Source: Octopus bimaculoides (taxonomy: Eukaryota). Taken from it: 56,246 nt of DNA. Below the pieces are notes generated by a model that saw only the letters and a program-made list of their open reading frames with translations, made no database searches and had not been told where the DNA came from. The stretch lies in NCBI RefSeq assembly GCF_001194135.2, contig NC_068994.1, positions 22,809,907-22,866,152 of the forward strand, read 5' to 3'. Below are positions 12,605 through 25,974 of the stretch, piece by piece. The translations under genes and the position numbers were made by a program. Position 1 is the stretch's first letter; every line of letters starts with the position of its first letter.

Positions 12605-12765
12605 CAACCATAGCTGTATGATAAAACACTTGCGTCCCAACCACATGATTCCAGGTTCAGTCCCACTGCATGGCACCTTGGGCAAGTGGCTTCTACTACG
12701 ACCTCGAACTGACCAAATCCTTGTGAGTAGATTTAGTAGACGGAAACTGAAAGAAGCCCATCATA
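12605..12765 (+). mobile_element. tRNA-headed SINE 5' portion
   Basis: ccaaccacatgattccaggttcagtccc...gtagacggaaactgaaagaagcc. Confidence 0.8.
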
Positions 12766-12980
12766 TATATATATATATATAATAGAAAATTTAGACAAAT
12801 ACGTATAATTAAATTACTGTGTTTAAATGTTGAGTAGAGCACCAAGCACAGTTTAGGCTCCCTGTTGTCATCCGCAATTGTGGTACACATCCGTTGGATC
12901 TACTTCAGAAACTTCGTAGTGGTAGTTAGGGTAATAGTATTAATTGATAGTAGATGGATTTTGTATTAGACTTTTATTAG

Positions 12981-13023
12981 GTACAACATGTTTCGACCTA
13001 TCTGTCTGGGTCTCTTCAGGTAC
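12981..13023 (-). ncRNA. Minimal type I hammerhead ribozyme (family B), core intact
   Basis: GTAC-CTGAAGA-GACC-CAGACAGATA-GGTC-GAAA-C-AT-GTT/GTAC, with palindromic stem III (AACATGTT). Confidence 0.8.
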
Positions 13024-13169
13024 ATTGCTAAAGAAGTCTCACTAGAGATTTCTTGTGTCGGCTGACTTGTTATATGCCCATCCAGTTTGAGAATGAATAA
13101 GACTAAAAAATAGTGCAGAAACGCAAAAAATTCAAATATGAATGTGGAAAACATTCATTCCAGTTTAGA

Positions 13170-13631
13170 TGAAATGATTGAAATGGATTGAAAAGGAGTA
13201 ATTCACTTTGAATTGTTACCACCTAATGCAACAATCAATGCTCAAGTCTACTGTCAGCAATTAGAGTGTTTGAACCAAGCTTTGAAGAAAAAAAGACCCA
13301 CTTTAGTGAATCGAAAAGGAGCGATGTTTTATTAGGACAATGCGCAACTCCACACTGCAAAGATCACATTACAGAAGAGCGAAGAGCTTGGTTGGAAAAA
13401 AATTCCTCATCCACCTTATTCTCCCGACCTTGCTCCTCCAGACTACCATTTGTTTTGTAGTTTACGGAATCATTTGGAGGACATAACTTTCACAAGTAAG
13501 GAGGAGGTCGAAACTGACATTTCAGAGTTCTTCGCTTTGAAACCAAAAGAGTTTTACATTGATGGGATTAAAAAGCTTGTAAATAGATGGAAGGAGGTCA
13601 TAGATAATTAGGGAAAGTACATTGATGATTA
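13170..13631 (+). mobile_element. Mariner transposase C-terminal fragment (decayed)
   Basis: KGVIHFELLPPNATINAQVYCQQL...*DNAQLHTA...PHPPYSPDLAPPDYHLF...GKYIDD*, with in-frame stops. Confidence 0.92.
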
Positions 13632-14295
13632 AATTTCAATTAAATATAACATTTGATCACTTGTTTTCTTTATTCAAAATTCNNNNNNNNNNNNNNNNNN
13701 NNNNNNNNNNNNNNNNNNNNNNNNNNNNNNNNNNNNNNNNNNNNNNNNNNNNNNNNNNNNNNNNNNNNNNNNNNNNNNNNNNNNNNNNNNNNNNNNNNNN
13801 NNNNNNNNNNNNNNNNNNNNNNNNNNNNNNNNNNNNNNNNNNNNNNNNNNNNNNNNNNNNNNNNNNNNNNNNNNNNNNNNNNNNNNNNNNNNNNNNNNNN
13901 NNNNNNNNNNNNNNNNNNNNNNNNNNNNNNNNNNNNNNNNNNNNNNNNNNNNNNNNNNNNNNNNNNNNNNNNNNNNNNNNNNNNNNNNNNNNNNNNNNNN
14001 NNNNNNNNNNNNNNNNNNNNNNNNNNNNNNNNNNNNNNNNNNNNNNNNNNNNNNNNNNNNNNNNNNNNNNNNNNNNNNNNNNNNNNNNNNNNNNNNNNNN
14101 NNNNNNNNNNNNNNNNNNNNNNNNNNNNNNNNNNNNNNNNNNNNNNNNNNNNNNNNNNNNNNNNNNNNNNNNNNNNNNNNNNNNNNNNNNNNNNNNNNNN
14201 NNNNNNNNNNNNNNNNNNNNNNNNNNNNNNNNNNNNNNNNNNNNNNNNNNNNNNNNNNNNNNNNNNNNNNNNNNNNNNNNNNNNNNNNNNNNNNN

Positions 14296-14581
14296 GTAGG
14301 ATTTTCGAGTGAGATCGTTGCCAGTGCCCCTGGACTGGTTTGTGCGGGTGGCACATAAAAGACACCATTTCGAGCGTGGCCGTTTTCGTGCGGGTGACAC
14401 GTAAAAGCACCCACTACACTCTCTGAGTGGTTGGTGTTAGGAAGGGCATCCAGCTGTAGAAACTCTGCCAAATTAGATTGGAGCCTGGTGTTGCCATCCG
14501 GTTTCACCAGTCCTCAGTCAAATCGTCCAACCCATGCTAGCATGGAAAGCGGACGTTAAACGACGATGATGATGATGATGA
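14296..14581 (+). mobile_element. RTE-family 3' tail with (GAT)n
   Basis: Nearly identical to 948-1209; 5' part lies in a gap. Confidence 0.9.
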
Positions 14582-14960
14582 TGTATGGATACGTACGTTG
14601 ACCCCTATACACACATACATGCAAAACTAGACATACATAAACACACTCGTATAGTTCACACACACATATATCTATATACATATAAAAATATTTGAATTTT
14701 TGGCATTTCTACAATATTTTTTATTTTTGTTTATTCTGGAACTGGATGGGCATATAACAACAGCCAAGCTGACACAAAAAATATCTAGTGATACTTCTTT
14801 ATCAATGTACCCAGACTGATGGGTCGAAACATATGTTGTACCTAATTAAAGTCTAATATGAAATCCATCCCCTACTATCAATTAATATTATATGTATATG
14901 TATGTATGTATGCATGCATGCATGTGCGTGTGTGTGTGTGTATATATATANNNNNNNNNN

Positions 14961-15009
<49 letters not shown>

Positions 15010-15017
<8 letters not shown>

Positions 15018-15195
15018 ATTTAGTAACCCATCACCATTTGACAACTGGTGTTGATGAGTTTACATCCTCGTAACTTAGCAGTTCAGTAAAAGAGACTGAC
15101 AGAATAAGTACCAAACTTTAAAAAACAAATAAGTACTGGGGTTAATTCATTCGGGCGTAGTCCAATGACTGAAACAAGTAAAATATAAAAGATAC
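15010..15195 (+). mobile_element. SINE body/tail
   Basis: acaactggtgttgatgagtttacatcctcgtaacttagcagttcag...gactgaaacaagtaaa. Confidence 0.7.
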
Positions 15196-15229
15196 AAAAG
15201 ATACACTTACTTGCATATATAGAAATACT

Positions 15230-15385
15230 CTAACATGCTTAACCATACCAAAGAAACAACAAACTCTGCCAACTTTGTACTAATGAATCCTACTATATTC
15301 TCACATTGAAGAACCAAATTCTGAACTGAAACACTGAAGTAGTCTCTTCATGCAATTAAAAAAAAATCTAAAACATTTCAAACCA
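15230..15385 (+). mobile_element. Penelope-like C-terminal relic
   Basis: PYQRNNKLCQLCTNESYYIL..NQILN..TEVVSSC resembles the PLE C-terminal C.LC..E...I....LLN...E....C motif. Confidence 0.5.
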
Positions 15386-15794
15386 ATAGTTTTTTCTAAC
15401 GGCTAAACATGTAAATATCTCACTACCTTCTCTCCCTCCAACTTCACCATAATGTATTCTCATAATGACATAAAAACCACTTTTACAGCTTTATATTAAA
15501 CAAGTACTGAAGAAATTATCTAAAATGACCCCAGTCGCCAACCAAAATTACAGACCTACTTGCATAAATATATATTTATATGCAAGCAAGTTGGAAGACA
15601 GTTTTCTGTCTTATTTTCCCTTTTTTTAAATTAAAAAATTTTTTTTACATTTCAAAAATTTCTAAAGTTTTGAATCAATTTTTAAAATTGAATATTACTT
15701 TTATTCCCATTTTTATATGTGAATGTATACACACATTTTATAATGCCCCCAATTTCACTTATATTCATAGGCTTAAAATAATATAAAATACACA

Positions 15795-15920
15795 TGTTCA
15801 GCTGTAGAAACCATGCCAAATCAGACTGGAGTCTGGTACAGCTCCCCAGCTTACCAGCCCTGGTTAAACCATCCAACCCATGCCAGTATGGACAACAGAT
15901 GCTAAATCATGATGATGATA
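15795..15920 (+). mobile_element. Degenerate RTE-family 3' tail
   Basis: cagctgtagaaacc...ccaacccatgcc...atgatgatgat. Confidence 0.65.
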
Positions 15921-16429
15921 GTCCACAAAATGTCTCCATATAACACAAAGGTTAAGATTCCTATATATTAATCAAATTGCTTATAGAATAATGACCCTCT
16001 AGAGAGAAATATACTGACCAACAACCTATACACCTACCTACACATCCTCTTGTGAACCTCAAAGTACAAGATAAGCAAATTTCTACACTAACAACACAAT
16101 AACATGCTTGACTAATAACCTCCATCTTCCAAAACTGAACAGGAAATGCACTAAATAACATCAACAACATGTAAAGAAACTTACTAACATACTAAAACAC
16201 ACCAGCTACTTATATTCTTTAGTGAACCCTTAAAAATTCCATGACAAAAAAGCTGCTCACCCAATTATTAAATTTTTAAATGATGGACTAAAGTTTGAAC
16301 TTTGACCTTTACACTGCCAAATCAAAGGATTAAATCCAATAAAATTAAAATTAGCCAAAACTAATAAATCTGCTGGATGTGCAATATCAGTGTATATGTG
16401 TAACAGGGCACTATTGTATTGAGAGAGAA

Positions 16430-17630
16430 GGTAGGCATAAGAGGAATTAGATGCAGTGTGCAAGAGAGAAGACTACTGGTTTGCCCAGGTGATGCATATG
16501 GATGTGAACAGTATAAAGACATGCTGATCTCTTAAAGTGGATGGAACTCATCAAAGGAGAGGACCCAGGAAGACATGGGACAAATCATTGAAGGCTGATC
16601 TCAAGATGCTGTGCCTTACAAAGGAGATGACAAAGAACTAAGATTCTGGTGCCTTGCTGTGTTCAAAAATACCTGTCCACCACAACAGAAGTGATATCCT
16701 GAAACCACCATCCTCCATACCCATCAACCTTCTTCCTCACTCACATGTCATTCCCTTTCATCCATCATTTCCTTTATCACCTGAGAGCAGAATAGGCACA
16801 CACTACATCCCCTGGTTATCTCAATTACCTTTTCTTCTCAACTGTCCAGTTACCTTTCTTCCTTTGACGAAAAATAAGGGGATATAACTTCACCCGATGT
16901 AGAAGACAACTGGAGGTTTCTATGAGAGTCACTGACCAGATCTGTGGATGGTGCAAAGTCCCCTCTTGACCCAAAATAACGTGGTGGTGGAACAATGTTG
17001 TTGACAGGGCTATTAGAGAAAAGAAACAGGCTTGGAAGGACTGGAAGAACGGTGGTAGCAGGGAATTGTATCAGACTGCCAGAAGGGAAACTAGGAGACA
17101 GGTTTATTTAGCCAGAGGGGAAGCAAATAAGAAAAAATTTGCCAATGTTCTGCGCTGTGAGGACCAAAGACTTGAGGTATTTCATGTTGCAAGACAGTGT
17201 GTGAGAGAGAATCGTGATGTCGTAGGAGAGAAATGTGTCTGCATGGATGATGGTTCACTTGCACTAAACGAGGCTGCAAAGAGAGAGGTTTGGAGATGCC
17301 ACTATGAAAGGTTGTTCAATAAAGAATAATGAATGGGAGAAAAAGAGTCTGCCGAATGTCGACCCAACAGAGGGACCAGCTATCTGAGTTGACAGTATCT
17401 TGGTAGATAAAGCAATTAAGAATATGAAGACAGGGAAAGCTCCCGGCCCATCAGGAATCATCGCAGAGATGCTCAAAATATCTGGCAGTGTCGGCTATAG
17501 CCTAGTCACCTGTATAGCTAACCAGGTGATAAATGAAGGAGTCATACCCAATAACTGGTGTAGCAGCACCATAGTCAACTGCTACAAAGATAAAGGTGAA
17601 ACTTTAGATACAAATAATTACAGAGGTATG
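16430..17630 (+). mobile_element. RTE LINE ORF fragments (C-terminal relic at 16430-16680; linker/RT start at 16900-17630)
   Basis: WWWNNVVDRAIREKKQAWK and AIKNMKTGKAPGPSGIIAEMLK...IPNNWCSSTIVNCYKDKGETLDTNNYRG. Confidence 0.88.
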
Positions 17631-17792
17631 TATGGATCAGGTAATGAAAAAATGTAAATCATCCAATTATGACCATCATTTTATTATTAAGTTTAACATA
17701 AAAATATGCTCCCCTTTATTTTTCTTGCATCACTATGAGTAACTCACTGCATGAATCAAATAATTTTCTTCTAATATAACCACAACATTTAC

Positions 17793-17882
17793 CTTTGATC
17801 ACAATATCCTGGAGTGAATCATTACTGTTTGTTTTGGAGGAGGAGAATTCTTTTAAATTACCAGGACTTGTGTCTTCAATGT
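17793..17882 (-). CDS. Internal 90-nt coding exon of the Fem-1-like gene (DIEDTSPGNLKEFSSSKTNSNDSLQDIVIK)
   Basis: Acceptor ttttcttattttcag|AC and donor AAAG|gtaaat. Symmetric phase 1-1, open, and joins the 12281 exon in frame (G|AT = Asp). Confidence 0.7.
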
Positions 17883-18554
17883 CTGAAAATAAGAAAATAT
17901 AAAATATAACAACATTGTTTCTCATAGGTTGCCTCATATTGGCTTAGATTCATTGTCAGTATGGGTTGGCATAACTTGATTTTCAATACAGACAACAACT
18001 CTCCAAGTATTCTACACCATTTCATTTTTAGGAATAACATTTTATTGTTTGAATAAATCTCTTTCACCACCACATCACATTGGTATACATTTGCCTTGAT
18101 ATTCTGACTGTATAACTAATGGGTGGTGGTTAGTTTTTCACCTAACACTAATTATTTATTCACAGTTAATCTCTATCTTTTTAGTTTAATTTAATCTTTT
18201 TAATGCAAAGTATTTTTTTGTACAATAAATTCAGTTGGTTTCTATTTAACAACTAATTCTCTGTCATAGCAACCATGAAATAACAGCAGTATACAAATCT
18301 CCAAGGTATTGTCAATATTGCCACATAGCTTTTATTTTCCTTTTATAGGTTTTCATGAATAATTCTTCATTGGATGTTATAGCTTAAATAAATGACCAAT
18401 TAGCCAATCACAGTTTCCAAACAGTGAAGAAGTGTATGACAGTTGCTGCACTTTTGAAACTGCATTCCAACAGCTGAGATGACTTAACTGTTTTCATAGT
18501 AAACTATGACAACAGTTTTGGACTATTTGAACGTAATGCAAGATGTATCCATTT

Positions 18555-18775
18555 TTAATATTGGTTTCAAATTTTGGTACAAGGCCAGCAATTTTTGATG
18601 ACTGGGATAAGTCAATTACACTAACCCCAGTGCTCAAACAGTACCCTGAAAAGATATAAGGCAAAGTGGACCTCAGTGGAATGTGCACTCAGAACGTAAC
18701 GATGGACAAAACACCAGTAAGCAATTTGTCCAGTGTGCTAATGTTTCTACCAGCTCATGACCTTCATCCATTTTT
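18555..18775 (-). mobile_element. SINE (MetaSINE-like family)
   Basis: Homologous to 36760-36975. Confidence 0.65.
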
Positions 18776-19211
18776 AATAGTGATAGAATATTAACCTCAC
18801 TATGAAAAGTTTGAATGTAAATATGCAGATAAAACATTTGAAATATAAGATATACCTTTTCTCATTCATTCGTTCATACATACATATATACATACACACA
18901 TACATACATACATACATACAAACATACATACATACATGATTATAAGGAAAAAAGTTTTCTCCAATGCATAGGTTTCATTCTGAAGTGTTCTAGATATTCA
19001 AACCTGAGGCGTTAGAATAATGTGGAAGTAAGAATCAAATTTAGGCAAATCAAATTCACACATACATTTATATTTATTCAACCCAAGGCCCAACATGAAT
19101 GAATTTATCCAAAATGTATTCAATACATCAAACATATTAAAAGTATACAGATACATAAAAATGTATAGAGTGATCAATACATGAAAAATATACATAAAAA
19201 TATATATAATA

Positions 19212-21513
19212 CAGTAAAACCTTGCATTATGAGTGCACCGTAGTACGAGTAATTTGGTGTACAAGCTGAGGCTTGTGCAAATTTTTGTCTTGAAGTATGA
19301 GTGGAAATCCGCAGTACGAGCAAGTTTCATACAAGCGATCACTAGTCAGCACTGAGCTTGTATACATTCTCCCAACAAGTGCAGCTTCCGCTCGCTCAGT
19401 TCACACGTTTACCTCATGGCAGCATCTTTGTTGTGTTTTTCTAGTGTCTTTTTTTTAGTTTTGTGCATTTCTTTTTTGCTAGTATTTTATAATTATTAGT
19501 TTTGTTAGCCATGGGTCCTAAGAAGGTTAATGCAAAGGATAGTGCTGGGAAGAAGAAAATGCTGATAATGATAGAATAAAAGACGGAAATCATTGATAAA
19601 CATGAGAGAGGAGTGTGTGTAGTGGACATAGCATGTCTATATGACGGAAGTACGTCAATGATCTGCACCATCCTGAAGAAAAAGGATGAGGTCAAGGCCA
19701 TTACAACAGCAAAGGGTAACTCCAAGCTCTCCAAGCAATGCACATCTGTCTACGAAGAGATGGAAAAATTGCTTCTGTGGATCAACAAGAAGCAACTCAC
19801 AGAGGATACGATTACAGAGACCATCATCTGTGAGAAAGTACGAGCGCTGTATCCTGAAGCAGAACCCTGGAACACTGACACAGGAGACATTATTTAAGGC
19901 CAGTCGTGGCTGGTTCAATAATTTCAAGAAGAGGACTGGTGTTCATAGTGTCGTCAGGTATGGAAAAGCAGTGAGTTCTGACACAAAGGCAGCTGAGGAT
20001 TTCGTGTGTGAATTCTGTTAGCTCATCACAGCCGAGGGGTACATCGCACAACAGGTATTCAACTGTAATGAAACTGGCCATTTCTGGAAAAAGTACCCAG
20101 AAGAACCTACATAACTGCAGAGGAGAAGAAAATGCCAGGCCACAAGCCTATGAAAGATAGGCTAACTCCCACCCTTTGTGCCAATACAAGTGGAGAATTG
20201 AAGATTAAGCCACTCCTTGTCTACCATTCTGGAAACCCACGAGTGTTCAAGTCACACAAAATCCTGAAGGAGAAGCTGCAGGTCATGTGGAGGGTAAACA
20301 TTAAAGCCTTGGCCACTAGGTAATTGTTCACCAAGTGGGTCAACCTTGTCTTTGGATCAGCAATGAAAAAGTACCTTCTGGAGAACAATCTTCCTCTCAA
20401 GGCCCTCCTCATCCTCGACAATGCTCCTAACTTTGGAGATGACATCCTGGATAAATTTGAATTTATAAAAGTTCTATACCTTTCACACATCACCACTATC
20501 TTGCAGTCCATTGACCAACAGGTGGTTTCTAATTTTAAGAAATTGTACACCAAACACCTGTTTCGTCAGTGCTTTGAAGTCACCAAAAATACAAATCTAA
20601 CCCTTCGTCAGTTTTGGAAGGAGCACTACAACATTGTAAACTGCCTGAAAATCTTTGATATGGCTTGGCAGGGTGTAACAAGGAGAACACTGAATTCTGC
20701 AAGGAGGAAACTGTGGCCTGACTGCATATCAAAAAGAGACTTCGAGGGGTTTGAGTCTGAGACACCTGTAGCTGAGGAGATAGCATCTCTTGGCAAGTCC
20801 ATGGGCCTCGGGGTTGACGATGGGGACATTAACGAACATATTGAGGAACACTCAGAGGAGCTGACAACAGATGAACTCTTACAGCTTCAGGAGCAAGAGC
20901 TTTTGGATGCAGGGGAAGAGATTGGTTCCTTGGAGGAGGACAGTGTAGCGGAAAAGACTATCTCTATGAGTGACATAAAGGCAGTGTTGGCAAAGTGGCA
21001 GTATGTTTCTGAATTTGTAGAAAAATAACATCCTGAAAAAGTAGCTGCAGTTCCTTCAGCTGCTTTATTTAATAATACTGCTCTGGTGCATTTTCACAAC
21101 ATTTTGAATGGCAGGAAAAAGCAGACTTCCCTTGATATGTTTCTAATGAAATGACCAGCAAGTGTGAAGGACATTCTCCTTCCAAACAATAATCCTCCTC
21201 CTCCTCCTCCTCTTCGCTCCATCGTCTTCCTCATGCACACATCATCTCATCTTTAAGGTAATTGAATTAATAAAGCCAGTTTACATATTTCTTTTGCACT
21301 CTCATGTTTCTATAATCGTCATTTTCCTTGTAACTGAACCTTTTGTTTTAAACTCCCATAAAATATGATTTTTGGGTGGTTTGGGGGAGGGATTGGAATG
21401 GATTAATTATACTTTAATTAATTTCACTAGGAAAAATTGATCTGTAAAACGAGTAAATCATAAAACAGGCATGGCCACAGAATGAATTAAACTTGTACTG
21501 TAAGGTATCACTG
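19212..21513 (+). mobile_element. Full-length decayed Tigger/pogo DNA transposon
   Basis: Imperfect TIRs CAGTAAAACCTTGCATTA / rc CAGTGATACCTTACAGTA with TA on both sides. ORF from ATG 19511 has HTH-psq, CENP-B HTH and DDE_1 motifs (FKASRGWF, LLILDNAP, QSIDQQVV), broken by stops and frameshifts. Confidence 0.93.
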
Positions 21514-22079
21514 TATAGATATCTTTATACTAATAAAAGTGAAGTTCAATCTTGCTTGCTTGCAATGTTACATAGCCAAACTGGTGCATAATAGGAAAAT
21601 ACTATGAATTAAGTTGCTCCTGAAATGTTAATACGAATGGAATAAAACAAGTTTCGCATAAATCAGACCAGTAGTTATTGAGATATTCAGGGTTTGGGCT
21701 ATAAATACCCAAAACAATGCATAATGGGAAAGTATTCTGAATATAATGTCATCCTGAAAAGGAAGAAACTCTAACCTTTCGATTAGACACAATGACTTGA
21801 CAATGAAAAATATGATGTTTTTTACAGTAAATATTTCTATTTTCGCTCTTGCTAAACACAATATTTTAATCATTTCGAAATATTTCTAAGTGAATGTGAA
21901 TTCAAAAATATTAGTTGTTTGTACAGTAAGTATTTATATTTTAGCTTTCTTTAAACAGACAATATTTTAATGTTTTTTTTTAATTATTTTCAAGTGAATA
22001 CGATAGCAAAAATTTTTTTGGCATATTTAAAAAATATTTCAAAGTGAAAATAACTTTAAAAATACGGTAAATATTTTGT

Positions 22080-22950
22080 TAAAAGACCCATTTGTAACCT
22101 CAGTGTGAATTATTCTCCATAAGTTTTTTACGGGTGCATTCAATGTATTTCACTGCCAAAGATTTGGTTGCAATTTCTAGTACGCCCTGCTATCATATAA
22201 TAGCTATTTGTGGTAAAGGACCCAAAATACCTTTTACATGGTAGCAAGGTGTGCAAAAAATAGCAGTCAAATCTTGCTTTTTCTGGGGAAAGGAGCCATT
22301 TACATGTGATTTCGATGTCACATTCATTGAAAGCATGTGAAATAACCTGGGGAACCATGAAGCAAAACTCCATTGCTGGGAAACTTTCCTGGTGATCCAA
22401 CAGGTCACAGATAGTCTAGTATACATTAAAAATATTTTGAAAAAGTAAATATATGTATATAGGTCAACTTACAGATTATAAAACGAAGTCATAAAAAGAG
22501 TTATGAGTCTGTAGGATAAAAAGTTTGGGTGTTACTAATCCAGTTAATGATCCTACAGGCGTTTCTGGGGGTTTGGTTGTCTAGTCATAAAGAAGATATT
22601 TACGTCCATTTTTGGACACCACTTCTTTCATCAGGGAAAATAAGTTTCTAAAAAGGCTCACATATACTGTGTTTTTCTGATGGGAATTACCTACTGTTTT
22701 TATAGAGCTATATGCAAAAGACCAGGGAGTGGAAGTGTTTTTGAGTAGTTGGAGAAGGAGATATAATGTATGATAAGATAAGGCTACTGATAGCTCTATA
22801 GGTAGAGGGTAAGGAGGGGAGTATTGTTTCATTTTTCAGAAAAAATTTCAATTGGTGAGGCAGATGGTTTTCAACTCTATCCAGAATCATAATGCATAAA
22901 TAATTAATGAATCTTTTAAGCATAGCATGCATTTGCCTATCTTTGTATTA
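22080..22950 (-). mobile_element. Decayed Penelope-like linker/GIY-YIG relic
   Basis: GSFPQKK...CTPC...ILGP and a degenerate IECTR..KL segment resemble PLE GTFPC..C.TC...GP and IYCI.C..C..YIGET. Confidence 0.45.
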
Positions 22951-23219
22951 TAAGTGGGAGCTTTTTTATTATGGACCAAGCCAGTGTATATTATATGTTT
23001 TGTGATTTAAGTTCATGTATGTGTGTGGCTAATGATGTCAAAAATTTGTATTTTATCTTAGTGAAAGAATTTAAGTGAGCTCGATATTGCCATTTAAAAT
23101 CTATGGTGCTACATATGTAGGTCTTTGCTTGGTGTTTACATGCTGTTTCTACACAATATTTATAAACTACATTTTTACGCAGACAGAAGCCCCCAAGTGG
23201 GCATGCATTTCACAAGCTT

Positions 23220-23775
23220 AACCAAACCTTGCAGTATATAAACATCCTAGAATAACCCTCGACAGCATAATTACAGGTATTTCAATAAGAATCTCTAATT
23301 TATCAGCTAATGAGGAAATATTTAATATACACACTCCTTACTATAATCAGGTTCTACCATTAAGCAGATTCTGAGAAAAATATTCTATATCAGTGATATT
23401 AAACTGAAAACCAAAATAGCGAATCTCTTCCCCAAAACTAATCCTGACCTTAAGTATGGCTTCCATTTCAACTCAACCAAACAGACCCATAAAATTACAC
23501 CATAAGCCATCCAAAATTTATAGTAATTATAAATCTCCCCTTCATGACCAATCCAATGTAACGGTATATTCTAAGATTAAAAGATAAGAAATCCTATGGT
23601 ACTCATCGCCTGTTTCTCTACAGGTTAAATCTTTGCATAACTTATTTTTTAAAATTCTGAAATCAAACTTTCTGCAGCATTATATGTACCACTCTATCTT
23701 TAAACAAATCATCAGTCAAATTGTCTTACTCCACCACACCAAATTTAGGAACTATAATAGCCTCTATTAACAGAT
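23220..23775 (+). mobile_element. Penelope-like RT C-terminal/linker relic
   Basis: HPRITLDSIITGISIRISNLSANEEIFNIHTPYYNQVL and NKSSVKLSYSTTPNLGTIIASIN. Confidence 0.7.
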
Positions 23776-24114
23776 GTGAAATTCAGCTTCAGACTAATAC
23801 ACACCCAGACCCTTGTATGGTACTCCATATTAATCCTTAAAATAGCAACAAAAAAATGGTAGAACAAAAAGAAAGCCTGTAATTTCTGTACACCTAATGC
23901 ATGCCTGCTTGGGGGTATCTGTTTGCTTAAAAATGTAGTTTATAAATGTCATGTAGAAACACCATGTATCTGCCTTTTAGCAGTTGAAATATGTGACAGA
24001 CATATTTCAACTAGCCTAAATTCATACACACACACACATATATATATATAGATACATATATATCTTAGAATCACATATGGTGCATGATCTTGTGAATGAT
24101 ATAAGTAATGATGC

Positions 24115-24745
24115 CTTGTTTCACATGCATGTCACCAAGATGGTGGCAGTGTGCAAGCGAATGGCCGGATGGATTCTGAGAACCTTCAGAACAAGGGACT
24201 AGGAAACTATGCTGGTCCTATGGAGGACATTTGTCCTCAGCTGTCTGGACTACTGCTCCCAACTATGGTCACCCTACCCTGTAGGATTAATAGCAGAACT
24301 TGAGGTGGTTCAGAAATACTACACGAAGACGATTGCATCAATGGAACAGCTGAGCTACTGGGAGAGACTGAAAGAGCTATGACTCTACTCCTTGGAGCGA
24401 AGACAGGAGTGGTATGCAGTGATATATGTATGGAAGATCCTAGAGGGGCTGGCACCAAACTTTGGAATTGCGAGTTATACCAGTCCTTGAAATTGACGTC
24501 ACTGCACTGTTCCAAAATTCCCAGCTACCTCATCTAGGGTGAGGACTATGTACCGCAATAGCTTGAAATTCAAGGGCCCACAGCTATTTAACTCCTTGCC
24601 AAAACATCTGAGGGATCTCCATGGAGTGGGAGTAGATGTTTTCTTGAAACAAGTTGACCTCTTACTATCCAAGATCCCAGATGAACCAATATCAAGGCAG
24701 GAAACTCAAAAGACGGTAGTGATACGGAACACCCTCCTTCACCAG
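24115..24745 (+). mobile_element. CR1/L2-group LINE ORF2 C-terminal fragment
   Basis: AGWILRTFRTR...LDYCSQLWSP...LSYWERLKEL.LYSLERR...KGPQLFNSLPKHLR. Confidence 0.88.
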
Positions 24746-25974
24746 AAGCCAAACTCATAGAATTGGCCAATTAAAAGGTGATTACAATGATGGTGCCCCA
24801 GCATGGCTGTAGCCTCAAGGCCGAGACATATAAAANNNNNNNNNNNNNNNNNNNNNNNNNNNNNNNNNNNNNNNNNNNNNNNNNNNNNNNNNNNNNNNNN
24901 NNNNNNNNNNNNNNNNNNNNNNNNNNNNNNNNNNNNNNNNNNNNNNNNNNNNNNNNNNNNNNNNNNNNNNNNNNNNNNNNNNNNNNNNNNNNNNNNNNNN
25001 NNNNNNNNNNNNNNNNNNNNNNNNNNNNNNNNNNNNNNNNNNNNNNNNNNNNNNNNNNNNNNNNNNNNNNNNNNNNNNNNNNNNNNNNNNNNNNNNNNNN
25101 NNNNNNNNNNNNNNNNNNNNNNNNNNNNNNNNNNNNNNNNNNNNNNNNNNNNNNNNNNNNNNNNNNNNNNNNNNNNNNNNNNNNNNNNNNNNNNNNNNNN
25201 NNNNNNNNNNNNNNNNNNNNNNNNNNNNNNNNNNNNNNNNNATATATATATATATATATATACACATACATACATAGTGCTCTGTTTATGTTCTGTTTTT
25301 CATTTTGTCCACGTTTTTTTGTGACGTCCTGTACCCAGATATGCATCTATATATACATGTATATGTAGGTATGTACATACATGTACGTATATATGCATAT
25401 ATTCACATATTATTTGTATTATTATATGATTGAACGCACGCGTCCTTTTTGCAAGTAAGTTTTAACTTTATTTCTGATACGACTATCTAACTTTGTATCT
25501 TTCTCCCCCTCTCGTTCTTCGCCTCTCCCCTTCACTACTATTTCTCTCTCTCTCTTCCTCCCTGTCTCTTGTTGCTCACCTATGTTCAACTTCCTCCCCT
25601 TTTTTTCTCTCTCTACCACTCTTTCTCCCTACCCCTCGCTGGTTACATGTGACTGGCTACTGCTTTCTTTCTTCTCTTGGTCACTGCCAAGCTAGCACGA
25701 ACTTTCTTCTCTCTTCCCCTCAAGTTTGTCACATCACAGCTATGTGTCCATCAAATTCAAGAATGAGTAAAATCAGAGAAAAATTATTGAAACGCAAAAA
25801 ATTAAAATATGAACGTGGAAAGTATATATTTTAGTTTAGAGAAATTGACGTAAAGGGCTTTCACTGTTGTAATTGTTAAGAGAAAGAAAAGGAAGTTGAA
25901 ATTGAAAGGAAGATAATACTTAGATGAAAATTTTCTTTCTGTTTGTGCTTAGATGCATATATACATACACAGAT

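Noticed and set aside
18349-18530. Strong plus-strand acceptor (ttttattttccttttatag|G) suggesting an antisense exon
   Set aside because: No sustained open frame, convincing donor or partner exon could be identified.
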